Both the position numbers and the translations under genes were made by a program. From NCBI GenBank assembly GCA_031411295.1, contig JANOAV010000035.1:68926-132925 (forward strand): a DNA stretch of 64,000 nt, written 5' to 3'. Below are positions 1-9,695 of the stretch, piece after piece. How positions within the stretch are numbered: the stretch's first letter is position 1; each line of letters opens with the position of its first letter. A model generated the notes under the pieces. It saw only the letters and a list, made by a program, of their open reading frames with translations. It did no database searches and was not told the origin of the DNA. Source of the stretch: Verrucomicrobiales bacterium. Lineage in GTDB: Bacteria; Verrucomicrobiota; Verrucomicrobiia; Verrucomicrobiales; V1-33.

Positions 1-1105
1 TCATTTTCCCGCTGGGAAATTGATTGAGGAAAAAGCAGCCTTGCCATGCGGATCCCAAGGCCGTGCCGGGATTATAGGCAAAGCCGGCGGGGCCATCATG
101 GCTGCTGGCCAGCGGCGGCGTGAGGAAGGCGGGTTGCCCGGCCGTGGCTGGTTTCCAGCGATCCTCGTCCATCCAGGGGCAGAAATTTTTCTGATATTGA
201 AACCCGCAACGCCAGCCGCTATCGCTTTGCTCGGTGATATAAACGAAGCGTTCTTTTTCCCCAGGCTTATCGGCATCATTGTCCACGCCGAAGAGGTTGC
301 CGAATTCATCGAAGGCGATCTCCTGCACGTTGCGCAAGCCGTGCGCAAAAATTTCAAATCCTGAGCCGTCCGGCTCGCAGCGCAGCACGCAGCCTTGATT
401 CGGCTGGGCCACCGCCGGGTGGCGCTTGTATTTCACGTGCACCCCTTTGTCGCCAATCGTCCAATAAATGCGACCGTCCGGTCCCACGGTTAGGCCGTGC
501 ATATCGTGGCCGGCGTAGGCAATGTGATGACCGAAGCCATGCGCGATGGATTTGCCGATGTCGGATTTCCCATCATCATCCAAATCTTCCAGGCTCCATA
601 AATCGGGTGCCACCGTTAGGTAAACGCTGCCATCGAAAGCCAGGACGCCCGCCGCAATGCCGCTGACTTCAGTGTTGTAGCCTTCGCTGAAGAGTAGTTT
701 CTCGTCCGCCACGCCATCGCCATCGGTGTCCGCAACCCGCCAGACGCGTTCTTTGGGCACGGTCAGATCCTGCCAATCGACGGATCCATCTTTGTTCTGA
801 TCAATCAGGCTGCCGCTCGGCCCCTTGAGTTTTCCAGGGGCGAGGACGTCGTGATAGAAAGCGATTTTGTCATCGATATGTTGGAGTTTCTGATCCGCCA
901 CGATCCAGTCCGCGTGCTCGCGGATGTCCAGATCCGCCACCTTGCGACGCGTTGTTTCCGTGACAAAGACGCGCCCGTGATCGTCCACGCTGCAGGCGAC
1001 CGGGTCCGCCAAGTTTAACGTGCCGGACCATTTGGTGGCCACTAACTTGGCGGGTTCCGCCATGGCCACGCTCGTCAAGAGAGCCCAACCAAGGAGGAAT
1101 TTCAT
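1..1105 (-). CDS. Secreted beta-propeller protein, N-terminal part of a PVC-type membrane-bound-dehydrogenase-domain (DUF7133/TIGR02604-like) protein; 3' end lies off the window
   Basis: Own translation from the ATG at 1105..1103: MKFLLGWALLTSVAMAEPAKLVATKWSG..VDDHGRVFVTE..DTDGDGVADE..GHDMHGLTVGPDGRIYWTIGDKG..FAHGLRNVQEIAFDEFGNLFGVDNDAD. The frame is open down to position 2. It is missing from the ORF track because it has no in-window stop. Its ATG overlaps the stop of the upstream gene (ATGA at 1102..1105). Confidence 0.6.
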   Translation of the reverse strand, partial: MKFLLGWALLTSVAMAEPAKLVATKWSGTLNLADPVACSVDDHGRVFVTETTRRKVADLDIREHADWIVADQKLQHIDDKIAFYHDVLAPGKLKGPSGSLIDQNKDGSVDWQDLTVPKERVWRVADTDGDGVADEKLLFSEGYNTEVSGIAAGVLAFDGSVYLTVAPDLWSLEDLDDDGKSDIGKSIAHGFGHHIAYAGHDMHGLTVGPDGRIYWTIGDKGVHVKYKRHPAVAQPNQGCVLRCEPDGSGFEIFAHGLRNVQEIAFDEFGNLFGVDNDADKPGEKERFVYITEQSDSGWRCGFQYQKNFCPWMDEDRWKPATAGQPAFLTPPLASSHDGPAGFAYNPGTALGSAWQGCFFLNQFPSGKM

Positions 1106-1923
1106 AGTTTGGACTTCACCAACTTCAGCAATTCCACATGATCTTTCACAATGTATTCCGCGCGCACTTTAACGGCCTTTTCGCTCAGAAAACGCACGGC
1201 GGTGCCGACGCGGGCGTTGCGGGCCAATTCGATATCCCGATCGTGATCGCCAATGAGCCAACTGCCAGCCACGTCTAAATTATGTTCATCCCGGGCGGCC
1301 AGAATCATTCCCGGAGCAGGTTTGCGCATGGGCGAGTTCTCGGACTTCAGGGCGGTGCAGGCATAAATGGCATCGAAGCTGGCCTTGGGCCCCAGCTCGG
1401 TTTGCATCCGCTCATGAATGGCGTCGAGCTGGGCTTGGTTGATGATGCCCTTGCCCACGCATTGCTGATTGGTGACCAGCACCAGGAAATAGCCTTTGGT
1501 CTTCAGATAGGCCAGCACTTTCTCCACGCCGGGCAGGAAATAGAAATCCCACCAACTCAGGACATAGCTGCCCTCGCCCGGGGATTCATTGACCACGCCA
1601 TCGCGATCAAAGAAGATAGCCTTGCGAGGGGCGGGCGGCTTCACGGCTTTGGCCGCCTTGGGCGCAGGGGTGGGTTTGGCTTTGGCTGGAGGAGCGACCT
1701 TCTTCGCCCCCACCTTCTTGGCTGCCACTTTCTTGGCTGCCACCGGTTTGGCCGCGACTTTCTTGGCGATCACCTTTTTGGGAGCGGCCGGTTTCGCGAC
1801 TGCTTTCTTAGCCGCCCCTTGCTTGGCGACAGCCTTTTTGGCGACAGTTTTGCGAGCCACAGCCTTCGCAGGGGCTTTGGCAGAGGAAGATTTGGCGATG
1901 GGAGATTTCGGAGCACGACTCAT
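1102..1923 (-). CDS. gmhB: HAD-IIIA phosphatase (D,D-heptose-1,7-bisphosphate phosphatase-like) with a ~100-aa Lys/Ala/Pro-repeat N-terminal extension
   Basis: HAD motifs FFDRDGVVNE, VTNQ, RKPAPGM and IGDHDRDIELA. The N-terminus is built of AKKVAAKP-type repeats. An in-frame GTG at 1644 (VKPPAPRKAIFFDRDG) is a possible alternative start that would remove the repeat region. Confidence 0.7.
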   Translation of the reverse strand: MSRAPKSPIAKSSSAKAPAKAVARKTVAKKAVAKQGAAKKAVAKPAAPKKVIAKKVAAKPVAAKKVAAKKVGAKKVAPPAKAKPTPAPKAAKAVKPPAPRKAIFFDRDGVVNESPGEGSYVLSWWDFYFLPGVEKVLAYLKTKGYFLVLVTNQQCVGKGIINQAQLDAIHERMQTELGPKASFDAIYACTALKSENSPMRKPAPGMILAARDEHNLDVAGSWLIGDHDRDIELARNARVGTAVRFLSEKAVKVRAEYIVKDHVELLKLVKSKL

Positions 1924-1980
1924 ACGCAGTCCCCATAAACCAACTTCCCAATTCCGCCAAATGCTTTATCTCAGGATGCT

Positions 1981-3018
1981 TCAAGATTGGCCCCGGCCAT
2001 AAACCAGCTTCACATCCCCGCCCAGCGTCCGCAGGTCACGAAGTTCCAAAGCGACGGTGGCCCCGCCGGCAAACGCGGTGGTATCCACCGCCAGCTTCCC
2101 GGTGCCGCAAATCAGCGGGGCGAGATAGACGTGGAATTCGTCCACCAAATCCCCCGCAAATGCTTCCGCAAAGACCTGTCCACCGCCTTCGACGAGCAAT
2201 CCGACGACTCCCAGTTTACCTAACTCCACCAGCACCTCTGATAAATTTTTCCCCGGCCACACCAAAGTGCGATCATCGAAACTGTCGGAGAAAATTTTGC
2301 TCTCTTCCGGCAATTTCCCCGAGCGGGTCAGCACTACCCGCCACGGTTGGAGCTTCCAAGCGGCCGCCGGGCCCCGCACCGTGAGGGCGGGATCGTCCTG
2401 GCGCACCGTTTCCGCGCCCACTAAAATGGCGTCCGCCCAGACCCGGAGTTCCATGGCGTCCGCCCGAGACTCGACATTAGTTAGCCACTGACCTTCACCC
2501 GCCCGCCGGGCGATGCGACCATCAATACTCATGCCCACCTTGGCGATCACGTAGGGCCTTCCGGTGCGGATAAAATGAGTCCACGGAGCCAGCAACCGCC
2601 GCGCTGAGGCTGCTTGCACGCCCACGGTGACCCGGACTCCCGCTGCCTCCAGAATGGCTCGGGCCCGCCCGGCATGAGCGGGGTTGGGATCATCCAGAGC
2701 ATAAACTACACGACGAATGCCGCTGCGCAAAATGGCCTCCGTGCAAGGGGGGGTCTTTCCCTGAGTGCAGCAGGGTTCCAGCGTGACATACAACGTGGAC
2801 GCTGGCAGCAACTGGCGTTGCGCGTCCGACAGCAGCGTCAGCGCAGCGACCTCCGCGTGCGGCCCGCCCGCCTGCAAATGAGCGCCCGCCGCCAGGAGTT
2901 CGCCTGTTTCCGCTACAATCACGGCTCCGACCGGTGGGTTCGGACTCGTGCGTCCCCGTCCCGCAGCGGCCGTTTCCAGCGCCAATTTCATCCAATGATC
3001 ATCATCATGTCCGCTCAT
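1981..3018 (-). CDS. ribD: Bifunctional riboflavin biosynthesis deaminase/reductase
   Basis: 345 aa. Cytidine-deaminase zinc motifs HAEVAAL and TLEPCCTQGKTPPC are followed by a RibD C-terminal reductase-like domain. Confidence 0.9.
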   Translation of the reverse strand: MSGHDDDHWMKLALETAAAGRGRTSPNPPVGAVIVAETGELLAAGAHLQAGGPHAEVAALTLLSDAQRQLLPASTLYVTLEPCCTQGKTPPCTEAILRSGIRRVVYALDDPNPAHAGRARAILEAAGVRVTVGVQAASARRLLAPWTHFIRTGRPYVIAKVGMSIDGRIARRAGEGQWLTNVESRADAMELRVWADAILVGAETVRQDDPALTVRGPAAAWKLQPWRVVLTRSGKLPEESKIFSDSFDDRTLVWPGKNLSEVLVELGKLGVVGLLVEGGGQVFAEAFAGDLVDEFHVYLAPLICGTGKLAVDTTAFAGGATVALELRDLRTLGGDVKLVYGRGQS

Positions 3019-3150
3019 AGCGTAATCGTATGTGCAAAAAATGGCTCCTGCAAGTGATGTCCCTGATGCGGGGAGGCCACCTGCCTGCCGTCTAGAGGAG
3101 CTTGGTTTTGGCGAATCCCACGGTGGTATTCACCTTGGAAAGCTGGTTGC

Positions 3151-3411
3151 CTAAGAGCCGTGTTCCCAGCTTGCGCAAGTAAACGCGGAGGCGGCGTTTG
3201 CGATTGGGGGGCCCACTGGTCGGCTACCGCAGCCCACACCCAACAGCTCCGCCAGGCGTCGGAGCAGCGTGGTCGTCTGAGCCGGATTGACGAGGTCTGA
3301 AAACTCAAATAGCTGCGTCGGTCGCCCCTGCCAGAATTCCAGATATTCTTGCAGGGTAGAAGCGACCTCGCTCTTGCGTTTTAGATCCGTCATCCGTTGA
3401 TAGGAGCGCAC
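3151..3411 (-). CDS. Hypothetical small protein (weak call)
   Basis: 86-aa ORF between the MFS gene and ribD. The N-terminal half looks helical (MTDLKRKSEVASTLQEYLEFWQ). No recognisable motif. Confidence 0.25.
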   Translation of the reverse strand: MRSYQRMTDLKRKSEVASTLQEYLEFWQGRPTQLFEFSDLVNPAQTTTLLRRLAELLGVGCGSRPVGPPIANAASAFTCASWEHGS

Positions 3412-3557
3412 GATCTGGTCATGGGCACGCCGGGGGCTTAGAAGGGTGGTCTCCTTCTAGACGAGAGCAACACGCATTGTTTATAAATGTGTAACGATTT
3501 TTCGTAACATTCTCAAGAAATACCAAACCGAATTCCTCGGAACTTCTCCTTGGAGAA

Positions 3558-4943
3558 CTAGTGCGGAGGTGCCGCCCCACCCAGATTCTTGGGAGCCCCA
3601 GCGCTGGGAGGATGGAAGAGCAAGGCGAGTAACACCGCCGCTGCCAAGGCCGCACCGCAGGGAATGAGGAAGAGTTTGTTCCATTCCACCACCTTGTCAG
3701 CATTCGTGTAATGCTTCAGCAGCATGGGGCCAAAGTAGTAACTGGCCAGAGGACCGCCGCCAAATACCAGCATGTTGAAGAGTCCCTGCGCACTGGTGCG
3801 GATGTCTTTGGGTAAATATTCGTCGATGAAAATATACAGCGTGGCAAAGAAGAACGCGTAGCAAATGCCATGAAGAATCTGCACCGCCACGATGGCCGAC
3901 TGGTGATCCGCAAAGAAAGCATACACCCCAAAGCGGGCCGCATGACCAAGAATCCCGATAATCATGGTCATCCGCCAGCCGAGTTTCGCCAAGACTGCGC
4001 CCAGCACTCCCATCGTTAGCAGCTCAGCAACCTGACCAATCGTCATCGTTGGCATGATCCAATTTCCGGCAATCCCGACGCCTCCCACTTCCTTGGCCGC
4101 GCCCAAGAAGGAACCGGTCCACGCAAAATACAAATTATGCACAAAGGCATCCAGGAAAGTAACCAGAAAGAGCACGAGGACGAATGGTTTGGCCAGCAGG
4201 CCAAACGCCTCCAACCAAGCCTGCGACTGACCTTCCTTCGGTTTCGGGGGGGTGTGTGGCAGTGTCAGGCTAAACACGGAGAGCGCCAGGGAAATGATCG
4301 CGCTGACAAGCAGCGTGGTCCGCACCCCAGCCTGCAATTCGGGACCAGTCAGGCCGTTGGCGAAGATGGCACCGAACCAATCCTTCAGCGAAGAGGAGGA
4401 AAGTGCTGGCACCTTGGCCCAGTCCACCAGAATGAATACAAAAGGCCAAGCGACCAAGATCCAGCCCAGCGTGCCTCCCATGCGCACGATGCCAAAATCT
4501 TTCTTAGCGTCGCTCAGGTGAGAGAAGGCAATGGTATTGGCAATCGACAGCGTGGGCACGTAGAACAAGCAATGCAGCAACATCAGCCCAAAGAACGGCA
4601 CGAAGAGTGGGTTCCCAACGGTGCCTGCGGACATCGCTTTCAATTGATCAGCGTCCACCGCAGCATCATGCTTCAGGAAAAACAGCCCGAGCATCGCCAA
4701 GCCGCCAATCAAGTGACTGAAGGACATAAACTTCTCCGCCGCAAATTTCCGATCCGCGAACTGATTACTGAAGAACATGGCCACGATGGCTCCGATGGCG
4801 AAGGCATTCAGAATCCACGATTGCTGGCCATCCGTAAATCCCAGACTTGGCAAATAGCCAAAGATGAGTGGTAACCAAGCTCCCCAGATGGCGATTTCGA
4901 GAATCATCATCACAAATAGTTTATTGCGCACAGCGGTATTCAT
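3558..4943 (-). CDS. MFS transporter, nucleoside:H+ symporter (NupG/YegT)-like
   Basis: 12-TM-like hydrophobic profile. The N-terminus MNTAVRNKLFVMMILEIAIWGAWLPL resembles the F..F.IWGAW start of the NHS family. The start was moved to the internal ATG at 4943; the track ORF begins at 4988. Confidence 0.7.
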   Translation of the reverse strand: MNTAVRNKLFVMMILEIAIWGAWLPLIFGYLPSLGFTDGQQSWILNAFAIGAIVAMFFSNQFADRKFAAEKFMSFSHLIGGLAMLGLFFLKHDAAVDADQLKAMSAGTVGNPLFVPFFGLMLLHCLFYVPTLSIANTIAFSHLSDAKKDFGIVRMGGTLGWILVAWPFVFILVDWAKVPALSSSSLKDWFGAIFANGLTGPELQAGVRTTLLVSAIISLALSVFSLTLPHTPPKPKEGQSQAWLEAFGLLAKPFVLVLFLVTFLDAFVHNLYFAWTGSFLGAAKEVGGVGIAGNWIMPTMTIGQVAELLTMGVLGAVLAKLGWRMTMIIGILGHAARFGVYAFFADHQSAIVAVQILHGICYAFFFATLYIFIDEYLPKDIRTSAQGLFNMLVFGGGPLASYYFGPMLLKHYTNADKVVEWNKLFLIPCGAALAAAVLLALLFHPPSAGAPKNLGGAAPPH

Positions 4944-5149
4944 AATCGGGGCGATCCTAGGGAGTTCCCCGCAGGGTGGCAAGCACATAAGTCACGCAAC
5001 CGAGGACGATTCTGTATGGTGAATTGAGTGAAACATCAGAATCCGTGGGACGGGCCTGCCTTCATTGCCCTCGGTGGGCCGTTTCGTCGTCGAAGCCAGC
5101 GGCTCCGACTCCTCGCGATTCACCGATTTCTCTCTATAAATGGTCTGCG

Positions 5150-6298
5150 TTATTTGCTGAAGAAGCGCTTGGCTTTCTGGAGGAAACCTTCCTCCAGCGG
5201 GGCATTGTGCTGGCCGACGGATTCTGCAAAGGCTTGCAATTTGGCGCGCTGATCCGAGTTCAGGTTGGTCGGAATTTCCACGTTAGCGCGCACGAGGAGA
5301 TCCCCGTGAGCGTTGCGATTCAGTATCGGCATGCCTTTGCCACGCAGGCGGAAGAGTTCTCCACTCTGCGTGCCGGCGGGGATTTTGACACTGGCTTTGC
5401 CGCCCAGAGTGGGCACCATCAGTTCTCCGCCTAACGCGGCGGTGGCCAGCGGCACTGGGGCTTCACAGTAGAGGTCGTTATCGTGCCGTTGGAAAATATC
5501 ATGTTCCTTCAAGTGCATCACCACATAGAGATCTCCCGCCGGACCACCGCGGAAGCCCGCCTCGCCATTACCGCTGGAACGCAGTCGCGAGCCCTCAGAG
5601 ATGCCCGGAGGGATGCGCAGGGTGATGCGAGAGGTCTTCTCGATGCGACCATCGCCATGGCAATCGGAACACGGATCTGAGATGATCTTGCCCGTGCCCT
5701 GACAATCGGGACAGGCTTGTTGGACTTGGAAAAAACCCCGACTGGAAATGACCTGGCCCGCTCCACGACAGGTGGGGCACGTCTTTAAGCCTTTGCCGGT
5801 GGACGAACCGGTGCCGTGGCACTTTTCACATTCCATGGCGCGCTCCAGTTCCAATTTTTTTTCCACGCCATTGGCGGCCTCTTCCAGGGTGATTTGCAAA
5901 TTATACTGCAGATCATCGCCCCGCATTCTGCCGCTGGGATCACGCCGTGATCCGCCGAGGAATTCCTCGAAAATACCGCCAGCCCCACCACCGCCACCAC
6001 CGCCGCCAAAGACTTGGCGGAAGAGATCAAAGGGATCCACGCTGGCGGCTTGGGCTGCGCCTGCTCCGGGGGCAAATGCTTGATGCCCGAAGCGATCGTA
6101 GGCCGCCCGTTTCTGGTCGTCGCTCAGCACTCCATAGGCTTCGCTGAGTTCTTTGAATTTCTCCTCTGCTACCTTGTCGCCAGGGTTGCGGTCGGGGTGA
6201 AACTTCATCGCCATCTTGCGGTAAGCCTTTTTGATGTCCTCCTCCGAGGCATTTTTGGATACTCCAATCACCTCGTAAAAATCGCGTTTTGCAGCCAT
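5150..6298 (-). CDS. dnaJ: Molecular chaperone DnaJ
   Basis: J domain with HPDRNPGD, a Gly-rich linker, and four CxxCxGxG zinc-finger repeats ([32 protein letters not shown]). Confidence 0.95.
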   Translation of the reverse strand: MAAKRDFYEVIGVSKNASEEDIKKAYRKMAMKFHPDRNPGDKVAEEKFKELSEAYGVLSDDQKRAAYDRFGHQAFAPGAGAAQAASVDPFDLFRQVFGGGGGGGGAGGIFEEFLGGSRRDPSGRMRGDDLQYNLQITLEEAANGVEKKLELERAMECEKCHGTGSSTGKGLKTCPTCRGAGQVISSRGFFQVQQACPDCQGTGKIISDPCSDCHGDGRIEKTSRITLRIPPGISEGSRLRSSGNGEAGFRGGPAGDLYVVMHLKEHDIFQRHDNDLYCEAPVPLATAALGGELMVPTLGGKASVKIPAGTQSGELFRLRGKGMPILNRNAHGDLLVRANVEIPTNLNSDQRAKLQAFAESVGQHNAPLEEGFLQKAKRFFSK

Positions 6299-6337
6299 AG
6301 TTTTCGTCTTAAAAAATGTTTGTTGGCAAACCCGAAG

Positions 6338-6892
6338 TTAGGCCTGGGGAGCGGCGGCCACGACGACCGAGGCCGGCCGCAGCAGGCGATCCCTGAGACG
6401 ATAGCCCCGACGGAGTTGCGTCAGGATCATGCCTTCGGCAGCATCTGCGGTGGGTTGGGAGGAAACGGCCTCGTGCAGGTTGGGATCGAATTTCTGTCCG
6501 ACGGTGGGAATTTCATCCACGCCATTTTCTTTCAGGAAATCGGTGATTTGCTTCTGCACCATGGACATGCCCATGAGCACCGGAGAATTTTCTCCTTCGA
6601 CGCGCGCGGCCTGCAGGCCGAACTCGAAATTATCAATCACAGGCAGCAAGGTTTCCAGCAGGGAACCATTTGCATACTTGACGGCATCCATGCGCTCCTT
6701 GGCGGCCCGCTTCCGGAAATTATCCAACTCCGCGGCAGAACGCAGGGCCAGTTCCTTCCAATGCTGGGCGTCTGCCTGAGCTTGTTCCAGCGGGCTGAGC
6801 GGCGGGCCAGGTTCCGCCCCCTCGTCTGCGATGGGGATTTCAGTAATGGGTTCGAGGTCTTCGAATGGATTGGGTTCGGTGGCTTGGGACAT
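6338..6892 (-). CDS. grpE: Nucleotide exchange factor GrpE
   Basis: GrpE-like LLETLLPVIDNFEFGL and FDPNLHEAVS. It lies immediately upstream of dnaJ on the same strand. The start is taken at MSQATEPNPFEDLEP; the track ORF extends to 7000. Confidence 0.85.
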   Translation of the reverse strand: MSQATEPNPFEDLEPITEIPIADEGAEPGPPLSPLEQAQADAQHWKELALRSAAELDNFRKRAAKERMDAVKYANGSLLETLLPVIDNFEFGLQAARVEGENSPVLMGMSMVQKQITDFLKENGVDEIPTVGQKFDPNLHEAVSSQPTADAAEGMILTQLRRGYRLRDRLLRPASVVVAAAPQA

Positions 6893-7162
6893 GGTTAAAA
6901 CAGGAAAATTTGATAGGGGGAGAAATGTAGGGGGACAATTTACCGCATTTTCCAAGGCCGCAAGTGGGCATCCGTTGCGACAATTTGACGCGATTGGCAT
7001 GTCTGAAACATCCTGAAGTGGGGTCCCGCTAGCTTTAAGTAGTCAGGGGCTTTAGCCCGCAGACATGTCCCGGGCGGATTCAGACGCCTGATCCACGGGG
7101 GAGAGTTCGACGGGCTGAAGCCCGCTGAAGTGGGGTCACGCTGGCGTTGACAGCGGAGCGGA

Positions 7163-7996
7163 GTGATTCATGCTATGGCCATGATTGCGCTCGAAGACTC
7201 CTATCAAGATATAATGACTAAGGCCATGCGTGGATACGGCCTCAGCGTGGATGCCGTGGCCAGCCAGGCGGGGCTGGGGGTGGATGAGGTGAATGCATTT
7301 CGCGATGGCGGATTCTCGGCCGCGGTGGCGGAGCGCATTGCGACTGTGCTGAAGCTGCACCCAGCTTCTTTTGTGGCGGCGGGTGAGGGCGCGTGGCAGC
7401 CAGCGGAGGTGGCGGTGCCAGGCGTTTATGCGTTTCGCAATGAGGAGGGGATGGCCCCAAATTTCTTCCTGATTTTCCATGCGCCCAGTCGAACCACGGT
7501 GGCGTTCGACACAGGTGATGATGCTCGGGAAATGTTGGCTGCGATTGAGTCGCTGGGGTGTGGGTTGGCGGCCGTTTGCCTCACGCACACCCATCGGGAT
7601 CACATCGCGGCCCTGGGCTCCCTTCAAGCACGCTATCCCCACGCCACCGTTTATATCGGTGAAAAGGAACCGCTGCCGGCGGCAGAATTAGTGGAGTCCG
7701 GGCAGCAATTGGAGATCGGAGGATTGACCATTGAATGCCGCCTGACGCATGGACATTCTGTCGGTGGAATTACCTATGTTATCGGCGGGCTGGAGCGGCC
7801 GGTGGCGGTGGTAGGTGATGCGATCTTTGCCGGTTCCATGGGGGGCGGGATGGTTTCGTGGGCCGATGCGTTGGCGACCAATCGGTCGGAAATTTTCACC
7901 CTGCCAGAGGCCACGGTGCTCTGCCCGGGGCATGGTCCCATGACGACCGTTGGCGAGGAAAAGCGCCACAATCCGTTTTACCCTGAGTTTAAATGA
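7163..7996 (+). CDS. MBL-fold metallo-hydrolase with an N-terminal helical domain
   Basis: Metallo-beta-lactamase motif LTHTHRDH, downstream H/D ligands (GHSVGG, CPGHGP), 277 aa. Confidence 0.75.
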   Translation: MIHAMAMIALEDSYQDIMTKAMRGYGLSVDAVASQAGLGVDEVNAFRDGGFSAAVAERIATVLKLHPASFVAAGEGAWQPAEVAVPGVYAFRNEEGMAPNFFLIFHAPSRTTVAFDTGDDAREMLAAIESLGCGLAAVCLTHTHRDHIAALGSLQARYPHATVYIGEKEPLPAAELVESGQQLEIGGLTIECRLTHGHSVGGITYVIGGLERPVAVVGDAIFAGSMGGGMVSWADALATNRSEIFTLPEATVLCPGHGPMTTVGEEKRHNPFYPEFK

Positions 7997-8016
7997 GTTT
8001 TGCTTAATCTACTGCT

Positions 8017-8904
8017 ATGAAAGAAAAAATTGCCTTCGTTGGAGTCGGTCGCATGGGCGCGAATATGGCGCGTCGCCTGCATGAAATTGGGTATGCGGTG
8101 ACTGCAGTTTATGATGTAAACCGTGCGGTGGCGGAAGCGCTGGCCCAGGAGATCGGAGCCACGGCCTGCACCTCGCTAGGGGCGGTCACGGAGGCCGCTG
8201 ACGTTATTTTTACGGTAGTGACAAATGATGCGGCCACACGGGCCTTGTTCTTCCCGCAGGAGGATAATTTACTGATGCAGGCGCAGGGGAAGACGTTTGT
8301 GAATTGCGCCACGCTCTCTCCGGCATTGCACGTGGAGCTGGAAGCAGCCTGCGAGGCGGCTGGAGCCAGCAGCATTGAGGGCTGCATGGCCAGCTCGATC
8401 ACGCAGGCGCGGCAGGGCACGCTGCAGTTAATGATCGGTGGCAAGCGGGAGGTCTTCCACAAAATGGAGCCACTGTTGCAATCCATGAGCGCGGTGCTGA
8501 CCTATGTGGGTCCGGCCGGAAAGGCGGCGGAGGTGAAGGCGCTGGTAAATATGGTGATGAACATCAACACCGCAGCGCTGGCGGAAGGCCTGGGCTTGGG
8601 GGCGGCCTTGGGCTTGGATTTGAAGATGCTGTGCGAGGTCTTCGCGGTCACTGGCGCCAACAGTCGGGTCCTGCAAACGGATGCGGAAGATATGCTAAAC
8701 CGGGAGCACGACTGTTTCTTCAGCGCAGAACATGCCGCCAAGGACAGTCACATCGCGCTGGATTTGGCCACTGCGAAAGGCTTGCATTTACCCTTGGCTG
8801 CGGCCACCGCCCAGCAGTTCGATCGGATGGTGACCGCGGGGCTAGGACAATTGGACAAGTCGGGCGTGGCGGAACTGACGTTCCCGGGCCGCGGTCAGTC
8901 GTAG
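8017..8904 (+). CDS. NAD(P)-dependent oxidoreductase, 3-hydroxyisobutyrate/6-phosphogluconate dehydrogenase family
   Basis: N-terminal Rossmann motif KIAFVGVGRMGANMARRL. Length and C-terminal helical domain are typical of the HIBADH family. Confidence 0.8.
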   Translation: MKEKIAFVGVGRMGANMARRLHEIGYAVTAVYDVNRAVAEALAQEIGATACTSLGAVTEAADVIFTVVTNDAATRALFFPQEDNLLMQAQGKTFVNCATLSPALHVELEAACEAAGASSIEGCMASSITQARQGTLQLMIGGKREVFHKMEPLLQSMSAVLTYVGPAGKAAEVKALVNMVMNINTAALAEGLGLGAALGLDLKMLCEVFAVTGANSRVLQTDAEDMLNREHDCFFSAEHAAKDSHIALDLATAKGLHLPLAAATAQQFDRMVTAGLGQLDKSGVAELTFPGRGQS

Positions 8905-8970
8905 GGAACAGAAAACCCGATTCCGCGCAGATGGCGAAATCGGGTTCTCCAGATTTAGCGAGGCGGGGCG

Positions 8971-9339
8971 TTACTTGCCGAGGGCCTTGGCGATGTATTT
9001 GTCAGGATCAGCAGAGAACTTAGCGACACATTTGCGGCAGCAAACACCCACTGTAGCTTTGAACTCGGAAGTGATTTTAGGATCGACCTTGCGGGCGCAC
9101 ATCGGGCATTTGCCGTCTTTGGCTTGGAAGGCAGCAATCTTGGTGACTTGGAGCTTCGGGTTCTTGTCGAACTCCTCTTTACATTTGCTGGTGGCGAAGG
9201 TGATGGTCTTCTTGTATTCGACAGGCATGCTGGTGCCCTTGCCGGTAACAGGGCAATCTTTGGTCATTTCAGCCTGGGCAGAGCCAAAGGCGGTCATGAA
9301 CGTAACGAGGGCCGTGAAGAGGGAGAGGAGTGATTTCAT
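8971..9339 (-). CDS. Small secreted Cys-rich protein
   Basis: Signal peptide MKSLLSLFTALVTFMTAFGSAQA. Cys pairs CP..C..CPMC..CCRKC suggest metal binding. Confidence 0.6.
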   Translation of the reverse strand: MKSLLSLFTALVTFMTAFGSAQAEMTKDCPVTGKGTSMPVEYKKTITFATSKCKEEFDKNPKLQVTKIAAFQAKDGKCPMCARKVDPKITSEFKATVGVCCRKCVAKFSADPDKYIAKALGK

Positions 9340-9541
9340 GGGATGGATCTAGCGTTTTGGGTTTAGTTATGAAGCTTGGGGCACGCCTTGGCGCCTCCTT
9401 TAGGAAGCGGCTTGAGCGCACGTTGACTGAATGTGGCTTAGATTTCGCGACTTGCCAATTACTGATTGGCGGAGGGGAAAAATATTTATTGGGGCCGTCA
9501 AAGCGCACCTGCCGCTCGTGGAAATATCTCCCCAACTCCTT

Positions 9542-9569
9542 TTGACAACGGGAAATCGGCTCTTATAAT
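9542..9569 (+). promoter_or_regulatory. Consensus sigma-70-type promoter upstream of rplY
   Basis: TTGACA (9542..9547), a 16-nt spacer, then TATAAT (9564..9569), about 127 nt upstream of the rplY ATG. This implies a leader of roughly 120 nt. Confidence 0.55.
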
Positions 9570-9695
9570 GGCCGCCCTTCCGCCCTGGCGGAAATCGTAT
9601 ATCCCATACACACCCTGCCCGATGTCCACCTTCCGGTCCCAGCGAATACAGGGGTTCACCTTCGGTTCAACACCCATCCAAAACCAAAATATATT

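Noticed and set aside
3019-3150. Possible FMN (RFN) riboswitch upstream of ribD
   Set aside because: The minus-strand leader has vague resemblances (AGGTGAATACCACC, AGACGGCAGG). It lacks the conserved RFN core blocks (GGGTGAAATTCC, CCGACGGT, AGTCCGGATG), so it cannot be supported by eye. An Infernal search with the Rfam FMN model would settle it.
6893-7162. CIRCE/HrcA operator upstream of grpE-dnaJ
   Set aside because: No TTAGCACTC-N9-GAGTGCTAA-like inverted repeat is present on either strand.
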